DNA of 64,000 bases from a virus (taxonomy: Duplodnaviria > Heunggongvirae > Uroviricota > Caudoviricetes): the IMG/VR virus record IMGVR_UViG_3300035696_000002, one strand, 5' to 3'. Position 1 is the stretch's first letter. The number at the start of each line of letters is the position of its first letter. Shown here piece after piece: positions 37,977-48,776 of the stretch. Under the pieces are notes generated by a model that was not told where the DNA came from, made no database searches, and saw only the letters and a list, made by a program, of their open reading frames with translations. The translations under genes were made by a program, and so were the position numbers.

Positions 37977-40943
37977 TTACGGTAGCGTGGTTGGAACGTG
38001 CGGTTCAAAGACGAAAGAGTCGGCTGAAATCGCCCGGCCAACCACCACGACCCAGTTCACGCCGGACGTGATGAGCGTGGCATAATCCTGCGTCAAGGCC
38101 CCGCCCAGCCCGGCATAGATCAGACCGCCGACCGTGAAGCTGGCTCCAAGAATCTGGAACACGCCGCCGAAGGTGGTGCCAACCTCTAACGGCTGCCCGG
38201 TCTCGCCCGCCGCCAAGGCGATGCCGTCCACTATCGGGGTAGCGGCTGGCGGAATGGCTGGCGGATGAACCGGGATCGGGATCGTCGGATCGACCGGGAT
38301 CAGGTCGCCATTCGCGTTGAAGTAAACCGCAGTCCCTATCGGGAAGTTGGCCCCGGCAACGAACGCCTTGGCTGCGGTATTGGCGTTAGTCGGAACCTGT
38401 AAGCTGGCACTGGGGGAGTCGAACTGCACCATGCTGAACTGGCTGCCCGTCAAAATGGTCTGGGGCGTTGCTAGATCGTCCGTGGCTGAGACGGTGAACA
38501 CATCGCCAACGTTAACCCCGTTCAGCGTGGTAAAGAACGGTAGCGTGATTGGCCCAGCCGTACTCGGATCGGTCGAAATGGTGAAAACTGAGTTTCCGTT
38601 CTGGTAAATCGTCACTGTGCGGGTGCCAACGTCACCCGGCCCCCAGAGTAGCTGGCCGGAAATTGTGTACGCCCCGGCAGCCTGAATGGTGAACGTGTTC
38701 GGACTTGTGACATTGTTCGTGACATCAAAATCAATTTTGTCGAACGAGATGGTGTTACCCTGATTGCCGGGCAGCACCGAAGTTGTATCGACAGAGGACT
38801 CGACCTGAAACCCAAGCTGCTGGGCTTGAGCAAGGGCCGTCTGGGCCTGCGAGATGGATGATTGGATCGCGGCTTGGGCCTGATCGCGAAACTGCAAGAT
38901 GCCCTGATAGCTCAGGTTCGTGCGGAGCATCGCGATCTGCACTGGAATCGGCTGAGCCTGAATATCGGGCCGTGACAAGAATGCTGTCGGATTGAAAGTG
39001 TTGCCCGTCCAGCCGCTCGTCGTATCGTCCGGTGCCGTGTTGTTTTGGAATGCCACGGCAGGGGTGACTGGAATTGGTAGCAACGGCGTGCCCGGCGTCC
39101 ACTGACGATTACGAGTCGCGGCGTCAACCGTGATCGTGTTGTAGTCGAGCGGATTCCCCAGTGGGTCTACCGCTGAATCTAATGAGCCAACATAAGTGAC
39201 CACGAACTGCACAAGGTATGGGTCTTGCACAAGCAGAGCTTGCAGGTTGGCATTGAAGTCACGCCAGAACTGACTGAAACGATCCACCTGAGTGGCAGTG
39301 CCGAACTGGTCGAAGGTGAAACGGTTCTGAGCCCGTGGGGACTGATACGTCGTTGCCAGATTGATGTTTGCTGTTGCAATGGCGATTACCTGATTCAAGA
39401 CGGCCTGAATTGCATTTGGGTACGTGCATAAAACTGGAAACTCCGCAACGCCCTCACCAAGCTGGACGGTGGTTGTCTGTGACGGATTGATCGCCGTAGG
39501 TTTGTAATCCGTGTCCGTCCCGGTGAAGCTCGACAGATACGTGTTGTCTGCATACGCATCCCATGTCGCGTTGCGGGTGTACCCAAGGAGGCCAGCCTCC
39601 ACATACGAAAGCTTCCACAGGATGTTGCCTTGTGCAAGCGGCGTGGCTGCGGTCAGTGTGTCGATCAACGGAATGTCGGTGGGCGTGTTCTGAAGACCGG
39701 GGCCGTCAAGATAGTTGTTCCACGGCACGGCGTTGTCTGCAAATGAAGTCAGCGTGGGCTGGATGTACTGCGTGTACGCTCCCTCCAGATTGTTGATCCA
39801 GTTTCCACCACGAGACATACGTGTGAGGCCCAAGTAAAACACCCACGCCGAGGTGATGTACGGATCGAAATTTGAAGCCACAACCGCACCCAGATTGATA
39901 TTGTGCACCAGAGCCGCACGCAAGTTCGACTGCCGGACGGTGAGGTTCGGGTTAGCGTAATCCGCATCAGTCGGCTCAATAGTGTTGTCCCGCAGGGCCG
40001 GAACGATTGAGACGATATTGGCTGCATACGTTGCGGCAGGCATCTGATAATCCGAGATGATCGTGTTCGGATCAGGTACGGCACCAAGCATTGACGAGTT
40101 TGGATTGAACGGTGTTTGTGTACCACCAGTTGACGAATTGGCCGGAAGATAAACTGGCGTGGCCGTCGTGCTCTGCATCTGGCTGATGAACGTCGGGTCA
40201 GTGTAATCCTGATTCGCTGGCGGCACAGTCCCACCCAGCGGCGGGACAAACGATGTCGTGCCGAGGGTGTTTCCACTGTACTGAGTCACCATGGTGGGTT
40301 GATTGGTAAAGATGTTGCCGTAACCCGGAAGCTGCGGAATGCACTGGCTGAACGAGAAATTTGTATTGAATGTGAGGTTCGGCTTCAGGGCCGCGAACGC
40401 CGCCAAGGGCGAAAAGTTGAACCCGTTCCAGTGAAAAATAGAATCCGGGATCAAATTTGGAATCGACGGCAAACTCGGTAGACCCCAGTTACAAATGTTG
40501 TTCATCAGGAGGGCGATGGACTGTAGGTTCGCGTTCACCATCGCCAACAGGTTGGTCTCCATTGACTGAAGTTGACCAATATTTGACTGAACTGCTGAGA
40601 TGATTCCTGTGATCTCCGATTGAAATTGCTGAACCTCCTGCAAGAACTTGATGCCATCAGCAATGTACAGGAAGACACGGACACGATGCTTGTTCTGTCC
40701 GTCTGCGGCGAGGATCGCCGAGTCGATCTTCTGTTGAATCTTTTCCTGCAAGTCTTTCTTGCGTTTCAACAGGGATGCATTTGCATCGCCAATGCTGCTT
40801 TCAAGGAAGCGGCCATCTTCCATGGCCTTCTGATAGTACTGCTGGACGGTCGGGTCGTCGGCGAACTGGTGCCGCTGCACCGCACCGAGGGCTCGGATCG
40901 GCCAAATTTGAGCGTTCTGTAAATCTGACGGTAGGCTTCCCAT
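37977..40943 (-). CDS. Virion structural protein with C1q-like and C-terminal cement/DUF2190-like domains
   Basis: ISFDKIDFD...FTIQAAGAYTISG is C1q-like; AGANFPIGTAVY...GIALAAG...GGLIY...GALT is cement-like. Confidence 0.6.
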   Translation of the reverse strand: MGSLPSDLQNAQIWPIRALGAVQRHQFADDPTVQQYYQKAMEDGRFLESSIGDANASLLKRKKDLQEKIQQKIDSAILAADGQNKHRVRVFLYIADGIKFLQEVQQFQSEITGIISAVQSNIGQLQSMETNLLAMVNANLQSIALLMNNICNWGLPSLPSIPNLIPDSIFHWNGFNFSPLAAFAALKPNLTFNTNFSFSQCIPQLPGYGNIFTNQPTMVTQYSGNTLGTTSFVPPLGGTVPPANQDYTDPTFISQMQSTTATPVYLPANSSTGGTQTPFNPNSSMLGAVPDPNTIISDYQMPAATYAANIVSIVPALRDNTIEPTDADYANPNLTVRQSNLRAALVHNINLGAVVASNFDPYITSAWVFYLGLTRMSRGGNWINNLEGAYTQYIQPTLTSFADNAVPWNNYLDGPGLQNTPTDIPLIDTLTAATPLAQGNILWKLSYVEAGLLGYTRNATWDAYADNTYLSSFTGTDTDYKPTAINPSQTTTVQLGEGVAEFPVLCTYPNAIQAVLNQVIAIATANINLATTYQSPRAQNRFTFDQFGTATQVDRFSQFWRDFNANLQALLVQDPYLVQFVVTYVGSLDSAVDPLGNPLDYNTITVDAATRNRQWTPGTPLLPIPVTPAVAFQNNTAPDDTTSGWTGNTFNPTAFLSRPDIQAQPIPVQIAMLRTNLSYQGILQFRDQAQAAIQSSISQAQTALAQAQQLGFQVESSVDTTSVLPGNQGNTISFDKIDFDVTNNVTSPNTFTIQAAGAYTISGQLLWGPGDVGTRTVTIYQNGNSVFTISTDPSTAGPITLPFFTTLNGVNVGDVFTVSATDDLATPQTILTGSQFSMVQFDSPSASLQVPTNANTAAKAFVAGANFPIGTAVYFNANGDLIPVDPTIPIPVHPPAIPPAATPIVDGIALAAGETGQPLEVGTTFGGVFQILGASFTVGGLIYAGLGGALTQDYATLITSGVNWVVVVGRAISADSFVFEPHVPTTLP

Positions 40944-43351
40944 TAGCTATTCTCGTCCGTACCCGCTGTGTTCTGGGTACCTTGGTTGTTCAAAATGTCT
41001 GGGGCTTCCACAGTATGGCGTGTCAAAGACGCATCAATGGATTTCTGTTGCGTGAAGACGCGGTCGGTCTTGGACACATGCCGCCACGAGGTGCACTCTG
41101 TGATCCAGTCACCTGTCGTGTTGTAGTGCAGGTTTCCTTTGTGCGAGATGTCGATGTCCCCTTCAAGCTCAATACGCAGGGCCTTACCCTGATTGTTGGC
41201 CTTGATGACGATTTCCACACCGCCGTCGAAGGTCGCGGTGAGTGAGCGGCCCTGTTTATCAGAGCCGATAGTTGCGACTAGCCCGCCCGCAGTGTCCAAT
41301 AAAATCGACTGCCCAGAAATCGGATTGCCGCCAACGCGAACAAGGATGTCACGAACCGCGTGGAGATCAAGCGAAAGCCCATGCTGATCCATAGGTGAAT
41401 TCGTCAGGTTTGAATCGCCGGGCACCGGAGTTCCGCTCCATGCCGCCGCGTTAAATGGGGCAAGACCAAGTTGTGGTAGGCCCGCCTGCGTCAGGTCATG
41501 GACGTTGCCAGATGATCCTGACAAGGCGTATTTTGAGTCCCCGGCACCATAGTTCGGGCGTCCGGGCGAGTGGGAGTCAATTCGACTTGCATCACCAACC
41601 GCATACGGTGTCACACCGGGGCCGTCTTTATAACCGTTCACCAAGTGACGACGGAGGGCCGCAGGATTACGAGCACCGAGACGGAGCACTGCTGCACCGT
41701 CAAACGCTGCGGTGAGCGAAACACTCTCTGCTCCCGTCTTGTTGTAGCCTTGCATGTTCACGCCGGAGTCGCCGGGCTTCAATTTAACGCCTGATGCCGT
41801 CCAGTACTGCAACTGGCGAGCTTGCGGAGCATCACTCTTACTTCGCAACTGAGTCAGGACGGTACGCCGGGCATTCGGCAATGCGGTGTCGTCGGCACCG
41901 AGGCGGATGACTGCTTGACCGAGGGCCTGAAGATCAATCGCGTCTTCCTCATCTCTGTTCTTACCGACCACCATCTTCATCGAACCCACAAGGTGGGCTT
42001 CAACGGAACGGCCCGCACCGTGGGGATACTCATAAGGCGTCGTGCCATTGTTGAGTGGGATATTTTCTTTCGGTAATGTGGCACCGATTTCAAACGTCAG
42101 CAAGCCTTCCTTGGTGATATCGAATCGCGTCGTGTTCTGATCGAATGGGAACCGCGTTGCACAAGCGGAGGCCGCAAGACGGGCTTCAACGTGATCCGGC
42201 GAATCCACAACGGGCAGGTAGCCCGAGGAAATGTCCGCACCGAAACGGCCCTGACTCACGTTTGTAGTCGCGGAAATCGACAGTGTTGGCTTCAATACGT
42301 AGCCATACGTCATCGTGTCAAAACGGTTGTATCCAACCAGCGTGCCTGCTACAGCTTCCTTGATGAATGCACGGCGTTGCGGCGTCGGGCCTTCATTCAA
42401 CGTCGGGCCAACGGCAGTCTTCCCAGAGTTGATCGGGTTATCCCAGCCCTGATTGACGACCATGAATGTTTCGGAATCATAAGCCGTCTGTCCGCTTGGG
42501 GCTGTGACAGTCGTGCGTGCCCATGGATCGGCTATCGTACCGAGGATCGTGTCGAATAGGGTGGTCTGGATAATCTCGGCAGGCATCGGGTAGTCGAGCG
42601 AGTATTCCTGCACGAAGTCCGTGTGTTCCGCAAACGGAATGACATCTGGTTTCCCGGAGACGTAGCGATCCTGAAGTTGGGCACCGGGCTGAAGGTAGAC
42701 GATGTACTCCGAACTTCCGTCAGGCAGAATTGCTGGCGTCAGGTTTGAAGCATTAGGCCGATTGATCGGCCCGGAGAACGATAGCCCAGCGTCAGTGTAG
42801 CCGACCCGGCGTCCAGTGATCTGGGTGCGTGTCCGACGTTCAGCGTCAACACGGTCACGGCTGAAATCAGCAGTGAGGGTATCCCAGCCAGTGTCCAGCT
42901 TTTCGCTGAACCCACCAGTCATGATCGTGGCTCGCTGTGCTGGGTAGGCCTTACGATAACCGCCACGGATGCGGTCGCTCCAGCCTTGAATTTCGTTGTT
43001 CTCAATCGGACGGATAGCAATGCTGTCTTGTCCGGTGATCGTGTCCATGAGCGTGTAAGACAAAATCACCACAGAGGTAGAGCCTCGCTCGTACCAGAGG
43101 TGAGCACACACGCAGTGCGTACCCTGCTCAGGCATGGTGACATCACTGCTTTCATACGAGGAGTAGTGGGCAGGGAACGCAAGAACGTCCATGTAGATGG
43201 ACTGGTCGCGTGTGTCCTCAAGAGTGAGAACTTTTCGCTCGTAATCTACCGTGACAACTTTGGCCAGAAAGATTTGGAACTGCTGTTCCGTTCGATTCCG
43301 GTCAAACTTGCCGGGGCGATACAACCCCGAATTATCCTTGATGATTCCCAT
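40943..43351 (-). CDS. Baseplate central spike (gp5/gpV-like)
   Basis: N-terminal OB-fold (AKVVTVDYE...MPEQG) and C-terminal beta-helix periodicity; follows the hub gene. Confidence 0.65.
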   Translation of the reverse strand: MGIIKDNSGLYRPGKFDRNRTEQQFQIFLAKVVTVDYERKVLTLEDTRDQSIYMDVLAFPAHYSSYESSDVTMPEQGTHCVCAHLWYERGSTSVVILSYTLMDTITGQDSIAIRPIENNEIQGWSDRIRGGYRKAYPAQRATIMTGGFSEKLDTGWDTLTADFSRDRVDAERRTRTQITGRRVGYTDAGLSFSGPINRPNASNLTPAILPDGSSEYIVYLQPGAQLQDRYVSGKPDVIPFAEHTDFVQEYSLDYPMPAEIIQTTLFDTILGTIADPWARTTVTAPSGQTAYDSETFMVVNQGWDNPINSGKTAVGPTLNEGPTPQRRAFIKEAVAGTLVGYNRFDTMTYGYVLKPTLSISATTNVSQGRFGADISSGYLPVVDSPDHVEARLAASACATRFPFDQNTTRFDITKEGLLTFEIGATLPKENIPLNNGTTPYEYPHGAGRSVEAHLVGSMKMVVGKNRDEEDAIDLQALGQAVIRLGADDTALPNARRTVLTQLRSKSDAPQARQLQYWTASGVKLKPGDSGVNMQGYNKTGAESVSLTAAFDGAAVLRLGARNPAALRRHLVNGYKDGPGVTPYAVGDASRIDSHSPGRPNYGAGDSKYALSGSSGNVHDLTQAGLPQLGLAPFNAAAWSGTPVPGDSNLTNSPMDQHGLSLDLHAVRDILVRVGGNPISGQSILLDTAGGLVATIGSDKQGRSLTATFDGGVEIVIKANNQGKALRIELEGDIDISHKGNLHYNTTGDWITECTSWRHVSKTDRVFTQQKSIDASLTRHTVEAPDILNNQGTQNTAGTDENS

Positions 43352-43356
43352 TTACT

Positions 43357-46122
43357 TTAGGTCGCTGGCCCCTGATATTGGTCAAGCTCCGTCGAATCTT
43401 GCGTCGGCGTGCTACTGACTGTTGGGGCATTCTGTACAGTTACAGTGTTCAAGCCCTGCACTGAAGGCACAGTCGGAACTGGTGTGATCGCGGCGGCGAA
43501 GGCCTCCTTGACCGCATTCGTCGGGGCAACCTGCCCACTAACTAATACGTCAATCATGTTCACTTCGGTAACTTGAGAATTCGTAAGTTCCGAGGAGATG
43601 ATGCGGTTCTGGGTATCTGGCTGAGCCGTATTGAGAAGCTGGGAATCATTCGACTGCCCCGCGTTGTACTGCAACACGATGACCGTGTCGTTGATCGCGG
43701 CGTTCTGAACGTCGGATAACGCAGTAATAAGCTGATTCGCCGACTGGGCCGTGGCTGTTGGCGTTCCCAGACCCGCGAAGACGAGGGCTTCCTGATTGTT
43801 CACAATCGTGAGATCGGGCGGCGGGGCCGGATTCCCGTTTAGATCGGTGGTTGCCGTGATGTAACCGTCGCTGGTGAATTCCAGCAAAGCTGTCCGAAGG
43901 TTTTGCCAACGACCCCATGGCAGCACGCCGACAAGCTCATAACCCTTGTCATCCGTGTACGGAATGGTCTTTCGAGTGTCGTTGATGTACGACTGGTCAA
44001 CAAGGCGTGGCTTGCTGTTGTTCGGGTAGGTTCCCGACTTCCCGAAGGTCTGAGCCGTGTCGTTCTGGGCCTGCCAGCTAGATGAGGTTGTGTCCTGCTG
44101 CGTTCGGAAATCGCAAGCACGGGTGCTCTCACTCCAAGTCTTGATGATGAGTTGATGGTCGGTAGCGACGAGGCTCTGCCCGCTCTGCGGTGAAGTGTTC
44201 ATCGAGTTCGGCGTCGCCGGGAGCGGGGTGGTAGCCACACCCATCGGGTTCGCGGGATCGTCCACATCCGGCTGCGAATTACCCGTCTGCCCATACTGCA
44301 CCTGATTGCCTTGTGTCAACGTCTGGTACCAATCTTGGAAGTAGCCGTAGTTTGTTCCCGGAGACTGGTTCGGGTTCGGGCCGTTTTGCGGAGCCCCTTT
44401 GACATACTTGTAGACAAGATTCGGGGCACTCGTATACGCCGTGTATTTGGTGCCGTCCGCCGTTGTCTGCTCAGTCGGTAGGAGTACGCGACGACGCAGG
44501 CCCACAAGCGTGAGACTCATCGTGGCCGTCGAACCAACCTGATAGTTCAACTGAATCGACTTGATGTAGCCGTACATGTCCTTGTGCGGAATGAAACACG
44601 GGAAGCCGACCTTAAGCTCAGGCCGCATTGGGATCGTGACCGTGTATGTGCGGTATGCGAGATTCGCTCGCGATAATTCAGTCACAGCGTAAGCCCACAG
44701 CGTGAACATGTCGCCGTTCCGCACCCACGGCAGGGTAATGGCGGGCTCTTCGCGGAGGCCAAACTGCTTCAACTTTTGCACGTCGATGTAGTCAACAACA
44801 GCCATCACATCGTTCTGCTGCACACCCGGAAATCCGGGGTTGAAAATGCCGTTGCAAGTGATACGGGTCTTTCTGATCGCCGCCTGATCCTCCGTCTCCT
44901 GCTCAGTCAAAATCTCAGACAGGTTGATGATGAATGGGTTTGTCTGCGGATTGATCGCCGTCAGCGGGTTGACGATGGAATAGTAGTTCGATCCCACCTG
45001 TTGCTGATTGCTCGTCGTTGGCCCAGCCTTCGTGTCACGAGGCCCAAGCTCTGTAACGTCGAGGTTATAGAGCGGCGGCTTGATGATAATCAGGCCGTCA
45101 ACGTCCTGATACGCTTCGAAGTTAATCAAGCCAACATAGTGCCGCAGGATTTCCATGCGGGACATGATTTTGTTGTTCAAATTTGTGATCGGACTGACGA
45201 TGTTGTCCGGCAAATACTGCCGAATTTTCTGGTAGTAGATGTGCTTCTGTGCCGTGACTTCGTTGTACACGGAGTGGTACGTCTGAGCATCAGGCAACTC
45301 ATCCTTGTGCATGACGCCCTTTACCTCAGACTTCTTGAACAGTTTGGTGAACTGGGCCTGATCCTTGAACTGGACGCCGTAAAGGTGGACATCGTTGGCG
45401 AGATTCGCGAGGATTGACTCCCACTTGGAGATGTACCCCTTCTCCACTGACTGACCGAACAACCCAGCCGAGACCTTGCCTTGGTTGATTGAGTTGATGT
45501 CAAACCCAGAAGCCCCTTGGAACCCCAGCAAGAAGACACCCGCGATGATCTGATACGGATCGAGACCGTGGAAAATGCTCTGGTATTCCTGAGCATGGAC
45601 TTCTTTCGTGCCGTTGTGGATGTTGGCCGGGGCAAGGTTGATCTGCATCAACTCAAGGAAGTGCAGCGAACCATAGCAATGCAACTGGAGTTCAAGAATC
45701 TTACCGTTGTCGGCGTAGGAAATACCCGACACAAGCCCCTTGAAGACCCGGCGATAAACAGTGTCGCCGGAATTCGACATGTAGTAGCCCTTGGCAAAAA
45801 CCTGCACTTGCATCATGCTCTGGATGAGGTTGTTGCCGCCCGGCATGACGAATAGGTGCTTCAGGAAGTTCGGCACTTCGAGGCCAATGCTGGCACTGGG
45901 GATCAAACTTTCCGTATCGTAGCTGCAATTGAACGACGTGACGTAATCGTTAAAATTGACGATGGTGAAATCGTTCCCAGAATTCGGATCGTCGATAAAG
46001 TAGTTGATGAGGTACGGGAAGCCTTCCAGATACACGATGAGATCGGGGGCTGTCTTAACAATCTCGCGTTCTTGAACAGTCTGCGAGACGAACCGGATTT
46101 GATTGTTGTTCGGGTTAGTCAT
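43357..46122 (-). CDS. Baseplate hub (gp27/gpD-like)
   Basis: VFKGLV...FEAYQDVDGLIIIKPP...FGLR...RPELKVGFP pattern and synteny. Confidence 0.7.
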   Translation of the reverse strand: MTNPNNNQIRFVSQTVQEREIVKTAPDLIVYLEGFPYLINYFIDDPNSGNDFTIVNFNDYVTSFNCSYDTESLIPSASIGLEVPNFLKHLFVMPGGNNLIQSMMQVQVFAKGYYMSNSGDTVYRRVFKGLVSGISYADNGKILELQLHCYGSLHFLELMQINLAPANIHNGTKEVHAQEYQSIFHGLDPYQIIAGVFLLGFQGASGFDINSINQGKVSAGLFGQSVEKGYISKWESILANLANDVHLYGVQFKDQAQFTKLFKKSEVKGVMHKDELPDAQTYHSVYNEVTAQKHIYYQKIRQYLPDNIVSPITNLNNKIMSRMEILRHYVGLINFEAYQDVDGLIIIKPPLYNLDVTELGPRDTKAGPTTSNQQQVGSNYYSIVNPLTAINPQTNPFIINLSEILTEQETEDQAAIRKTRITCNGIFNPGFPGVQQNDVMAVVDYIDVQKLKQFGLREEPAITLPWVRNGDMFTLWAYAVTELSRANLAYRTYTVTIPMRPELKVGFPCFIPHKDMYGYIKSIQLNYQVGSTATMSLTLVGLRRRVLLPTEQTTADGTKYTAYTSAPNLVYKYVKGAPQNGPNPNQSPGTNYGYFQDWYQTLTQGNQVQYGQTGNSQPDVDDPANPMGVATTPLPATPNSMNTSPQSGQSLVATDHQLIIKTWSESTRACDFRTQQDTTSSSWQAQNDTAQTFGKSGTYPNNSKPRLVDQSYINDTRKTIPYTDDKGYELVGVLPWGRWQNLRTALLEFTSDGYITATTDLNGNPAPPPDLTIVNNQEALVFAGLGTPTATAQSANQLITALSDVQNAAINDTVIVLQYNAGQSNDSQLLNTAQPDTQNRIISSELTNSQVTEVNMIDVLVSGQVAPTNAVKEAFAAAITPVPTVPSVQGLNTVTVQNAPTVSSTPTQDSTELDQYQGPAT

Positions 46123-47256
46123 TTACTTCACCCCATTCCAGAAATTGGTGTACTGCGGCAGCCCCGGATAGAGTAAATTCAGCGTTGGGGATGAGTCCAA
46201 CGAGCACGGATCGGTGTCCGGCAGCAATTGATCCTGAGCGGCAACCGTAGTAGCCGGAGCCACGACCGGAGAATTCTGCACTGGCGGAGGAGTCGGCTGG
46301 GTAGGCACGCCAATCTGCGGCTGACTCGCGGTTGTAGGTGTCTGCGTAGTTGCCGTCGAAGACTGTGCCGAGGATGCCCACGCCGTGTACGAATGGCCGC
46401 GTTGTGTATCGTTGTGAATCGTGTCTGGATAGGGCGATCCCGAACGGAAGCGTTCCTTCCAAGCAATGAAAGTCAACTGGAAGTTGGCGATCCACGGCTC
46501 TTCCGCACTCTGACTAACCGTCAAGCTTTCGAACATCCCAAACCACCAGAAGTTGCCAACGATCAATTCCACGTCCTGATGCATCTTGATGCGGCGGCGA
46601 GTGAAGTCTGCGGCCAGCGGGCCTTCGCCGAGGGCTTCTCCCTCAAACCAGTAGCCATTGTTTTCAAACACCATCTGAAGTTGAAGCAGGTTGCGGTAGG
46701 ACTCAGTGAAGGGCATGTAGGTGTCCGTGATACCGAATGACCAGTACTGTCCAGCCGTCTTTCCTGTCAGGTTGATTTGAATGACATCTTCACCCCATAC
46801 ACCGATCTGCCAGCCCGCACGAGTCATCGACTGTGCGTCGAGGGTAGTACGGTTGACCTCGACCTGTGCCGGGTTGATGAGGAAGCGGTAGACAGCCGGG
46901 GCTGTGGCGTCTGGCTTACCATTTGCGTCCACACCACGATTTGGGATGCGGATGATAACGTAATCAACAAAGGGCTCAAGGGCGAGGGCCTTATAAAAGT
47001 CGTTCTGTTGCACCAACTGCTGACGGCCTGCTCCACCTTGCGTGCCATAACCCGGCACCTGATCGGCAGGAACTTGTCCGCCGCCCGGTGTCTTGACTTG
47101 GTCAATGCTCTCGAATGTACTATTCAGATCATTCGGATCGACCGGGCAGGGGATGACCCTCTTCTCACCACGGATGGGAAGTTGCGTCGGCGTAAGTTCA
47201 GGAGAAGTGTTTGGCCGGACATCACTGATGTTATTTACATTGCTGTCGTTAGCCAT
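46123..47256 (-). CDS. Tail tube initiator/baseplate protein
   Basis: FLINP...TRAGW...WGE...INLTG...GMFESLTVSQSAEEPW...FQLTF tube-fold pattern. Confidence 0.6.
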   Translation of the reverse strand: MANDSNVNNISDVRPNTSPELTPTQLPIRGEKRVIPCPVDPNDLNSTFESIDQVKTPGGGQVPADQVPGYGTQGGAGRQQLVQQNDFYKALALEPFVDYVIIRIPNRGVDANGKPDATAPAVYRFLINPAQVEVNRTTLDAQSMTRAGWQIGVWGEDVIQINLTGKTAGQYWSFGITDTYMPFTESYRNLLQLQMVFENNGYWFEGEALGEGPLAADFTRRRIKMHQDVELIVGNFWWFGMFESLTVSQSAEEPWIANFQLTFIAWKERFRSGSPYPDTIHNDTQRGHSYTAWASSAQSSTATTQTPTTASQPQIGVPTQPTPPPVQNSPVVAPATTVAAQDQLLPDTDPCSLDSSPTLNLLYPGLPQYTNFWNGVK

Positions 47257-48776
47257 TATGCGTTCGCCTCCTCATCAGTGATTTGTTGTGCTTGCCCAGA
47301 TGTTAGTACGCCGCTGTTATTGCCGCCCGCTCCCGCCTTAGGGTTGAACAGTTGTGTGTACGTGCGTTCAACTTGGAACGAGAACGAGAACTTCCATTGG
47401 AATGGGTTCTCTGCGTCTAGTGTCCAGTTGAGCGACTTGAAATACCCCTGATACGAGTTGTTCCTGTACCGCATCACGATACCGCCGCGAGAGTAGACAT
47501 CGTTGTTGCGGGCGTTTTGCTGGAAAGTGCTGGTGCCTGTTCGCGGCGACCACCCGGTTGGCGTGGATTGCGTTTGCCCATTGAGGTACCCATTCGATGA
47601 CGGATTGTAAAACCACACGTTGCCGTTCATCTTGAACATAGACAGGAATTCAACGAAAGCATCCTGTGCTGCCACGCGGAAAGCCGTAGACGGGTCAATG
47701 TTGCTCCCACCAAACCCCTGCGTCTGCTTTGCAAGGATAGTGTTGAACATGGTCTCGTTGTTCACGAAACTCGGAAACACCTGCCCCTGTGTGCCTGTTG
47801 AATAAGCAAACCCGCTCGTCACAAGCTGCTTGATGTCGTCCGTTACATTGGCTACGCTGAAAAAATCCGTCAGGCCAAACCTGTTCAGGAAAACTCCGGT
47901 AGACCCGCTACCTGAAATGAGATCAGGTTCCATCCCCCAAAGGGTGATGTGAACCCCCGTGCGTGAGGGTGTGTGACTCCAGACATGCTTGCTCGCGATC
48001 TCGAAGTCGGTCATGGAGGTGTTCAATTCCAGAACGATTGGCTGATTCGTGTCTGGGTTTGTTAGCGGCTGTCCGGTCTGCTGACTCAGGAAAATCTGGA
48101 AAGTCACAGGCTGAACGTTTCTACGCACACGCGGGTTGCCCGTCAGGAGGCCAGAACCCGGATCGTACCACGGCGTAGGATTCAAACCCGTGTCGATCTG
48201 CAATTGCTCATACAGCGAGGACTGGAATCCCGCAGACTGCTGTGTATCCACAACCGTTCCTTGCGGCGGCGTGTAGTTTCCCGCCGTCAACTTAAACGAG
48301 GACGCGGCAGCCGACGTACCTGCGTCAAACAGGGACGCACTCTTCAGCGTGGCCTGTTGCGAAACATACGGGCAGCCAGCTTTTGCTGCCAGCGAGGTCA
48401 CGTTATAGACAAAATTCTGGATAAGCGGGAGCGGTGGGACACCATCATAGAACTCAACCGTATCCGCATCCGCATAGTAGGCAGCAATAGCGAGGGCGTA
48501 GTTCCCGCCGAAATTCTCAAGTTGTGTGTGCAGGTAAGCCGCCCCAGCCAAAATGTTTTGGGACTGCTGGGTCACATCAAAGCCCAGAGCGAGCCCAACC
48601 TCTGGCGTAACGGACATCACCCCAACCGCCCCCGTGCTGGAAACATAATCCTGTGCTCCACCGGAACCCACGGCGGCAATCGCCTCCATCACGCGAGCGT
48701 CTACGCCGTACTGAAGGGCGGCACTTTGAATCGCGTCCACCACTGTCGGCGTCAATTGAATCGAAGTCGCTGGCAT
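47256..48776 (-). CDS. Degenerate SLT (lytic transglycosylase) domain fused to a tube-initiator-like domain
   Basis: AALQYGVD...GAVGVM...NILAGAAYL...ALAIAAY; C-terminal YQGYFKSLNWTLDAENPFQWKFSFSF. Confidence 0.7.
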   Translation of the reverse strand: MPATSIQLTPTVVDAIQSAALQYGVDARVMEAIAAVGSGGAQDYVSSTGAVGVMSVTPEVGLALGFDVTQQSQNILAGAAYLHTQLENFGGNYALAIAAYYADADTVEFYDGVPPLPLIQNFVYNVTSLAAKAGCPYVSQQATLKSASLFDAGTSAAASSFKLTAGNYTPPQGTVVDTQQSAGFQSSLYEQLQIDTGLNPTPWYDPGSGLLTGNPRVRRNVQPVTFQIFLSQQTGQPLTNPDTNQPIVLELNTSMTDFEIASKHVWSHTPSRTGVHITLWGMEPDLISGSGSTGVFLNRFGLTDFFSVANVTDDIKQLVTSGFAYSTGTQGQVFPSFVNNETMFNTILAKQTQGFGGSNIDPSTAFRVAAQDAFVEFLSMFKMNGNVWFYNPSSNGYLNGQTQSTPTGWSPRTGTSTFQQNARNNDVYSRGGIVMRYRNNSYQGYFKSLNWTLDAENPFQWKFSFSFQVERTYTQLFNPKAGAGGNNSGVLTSGQAQQITDEEANA

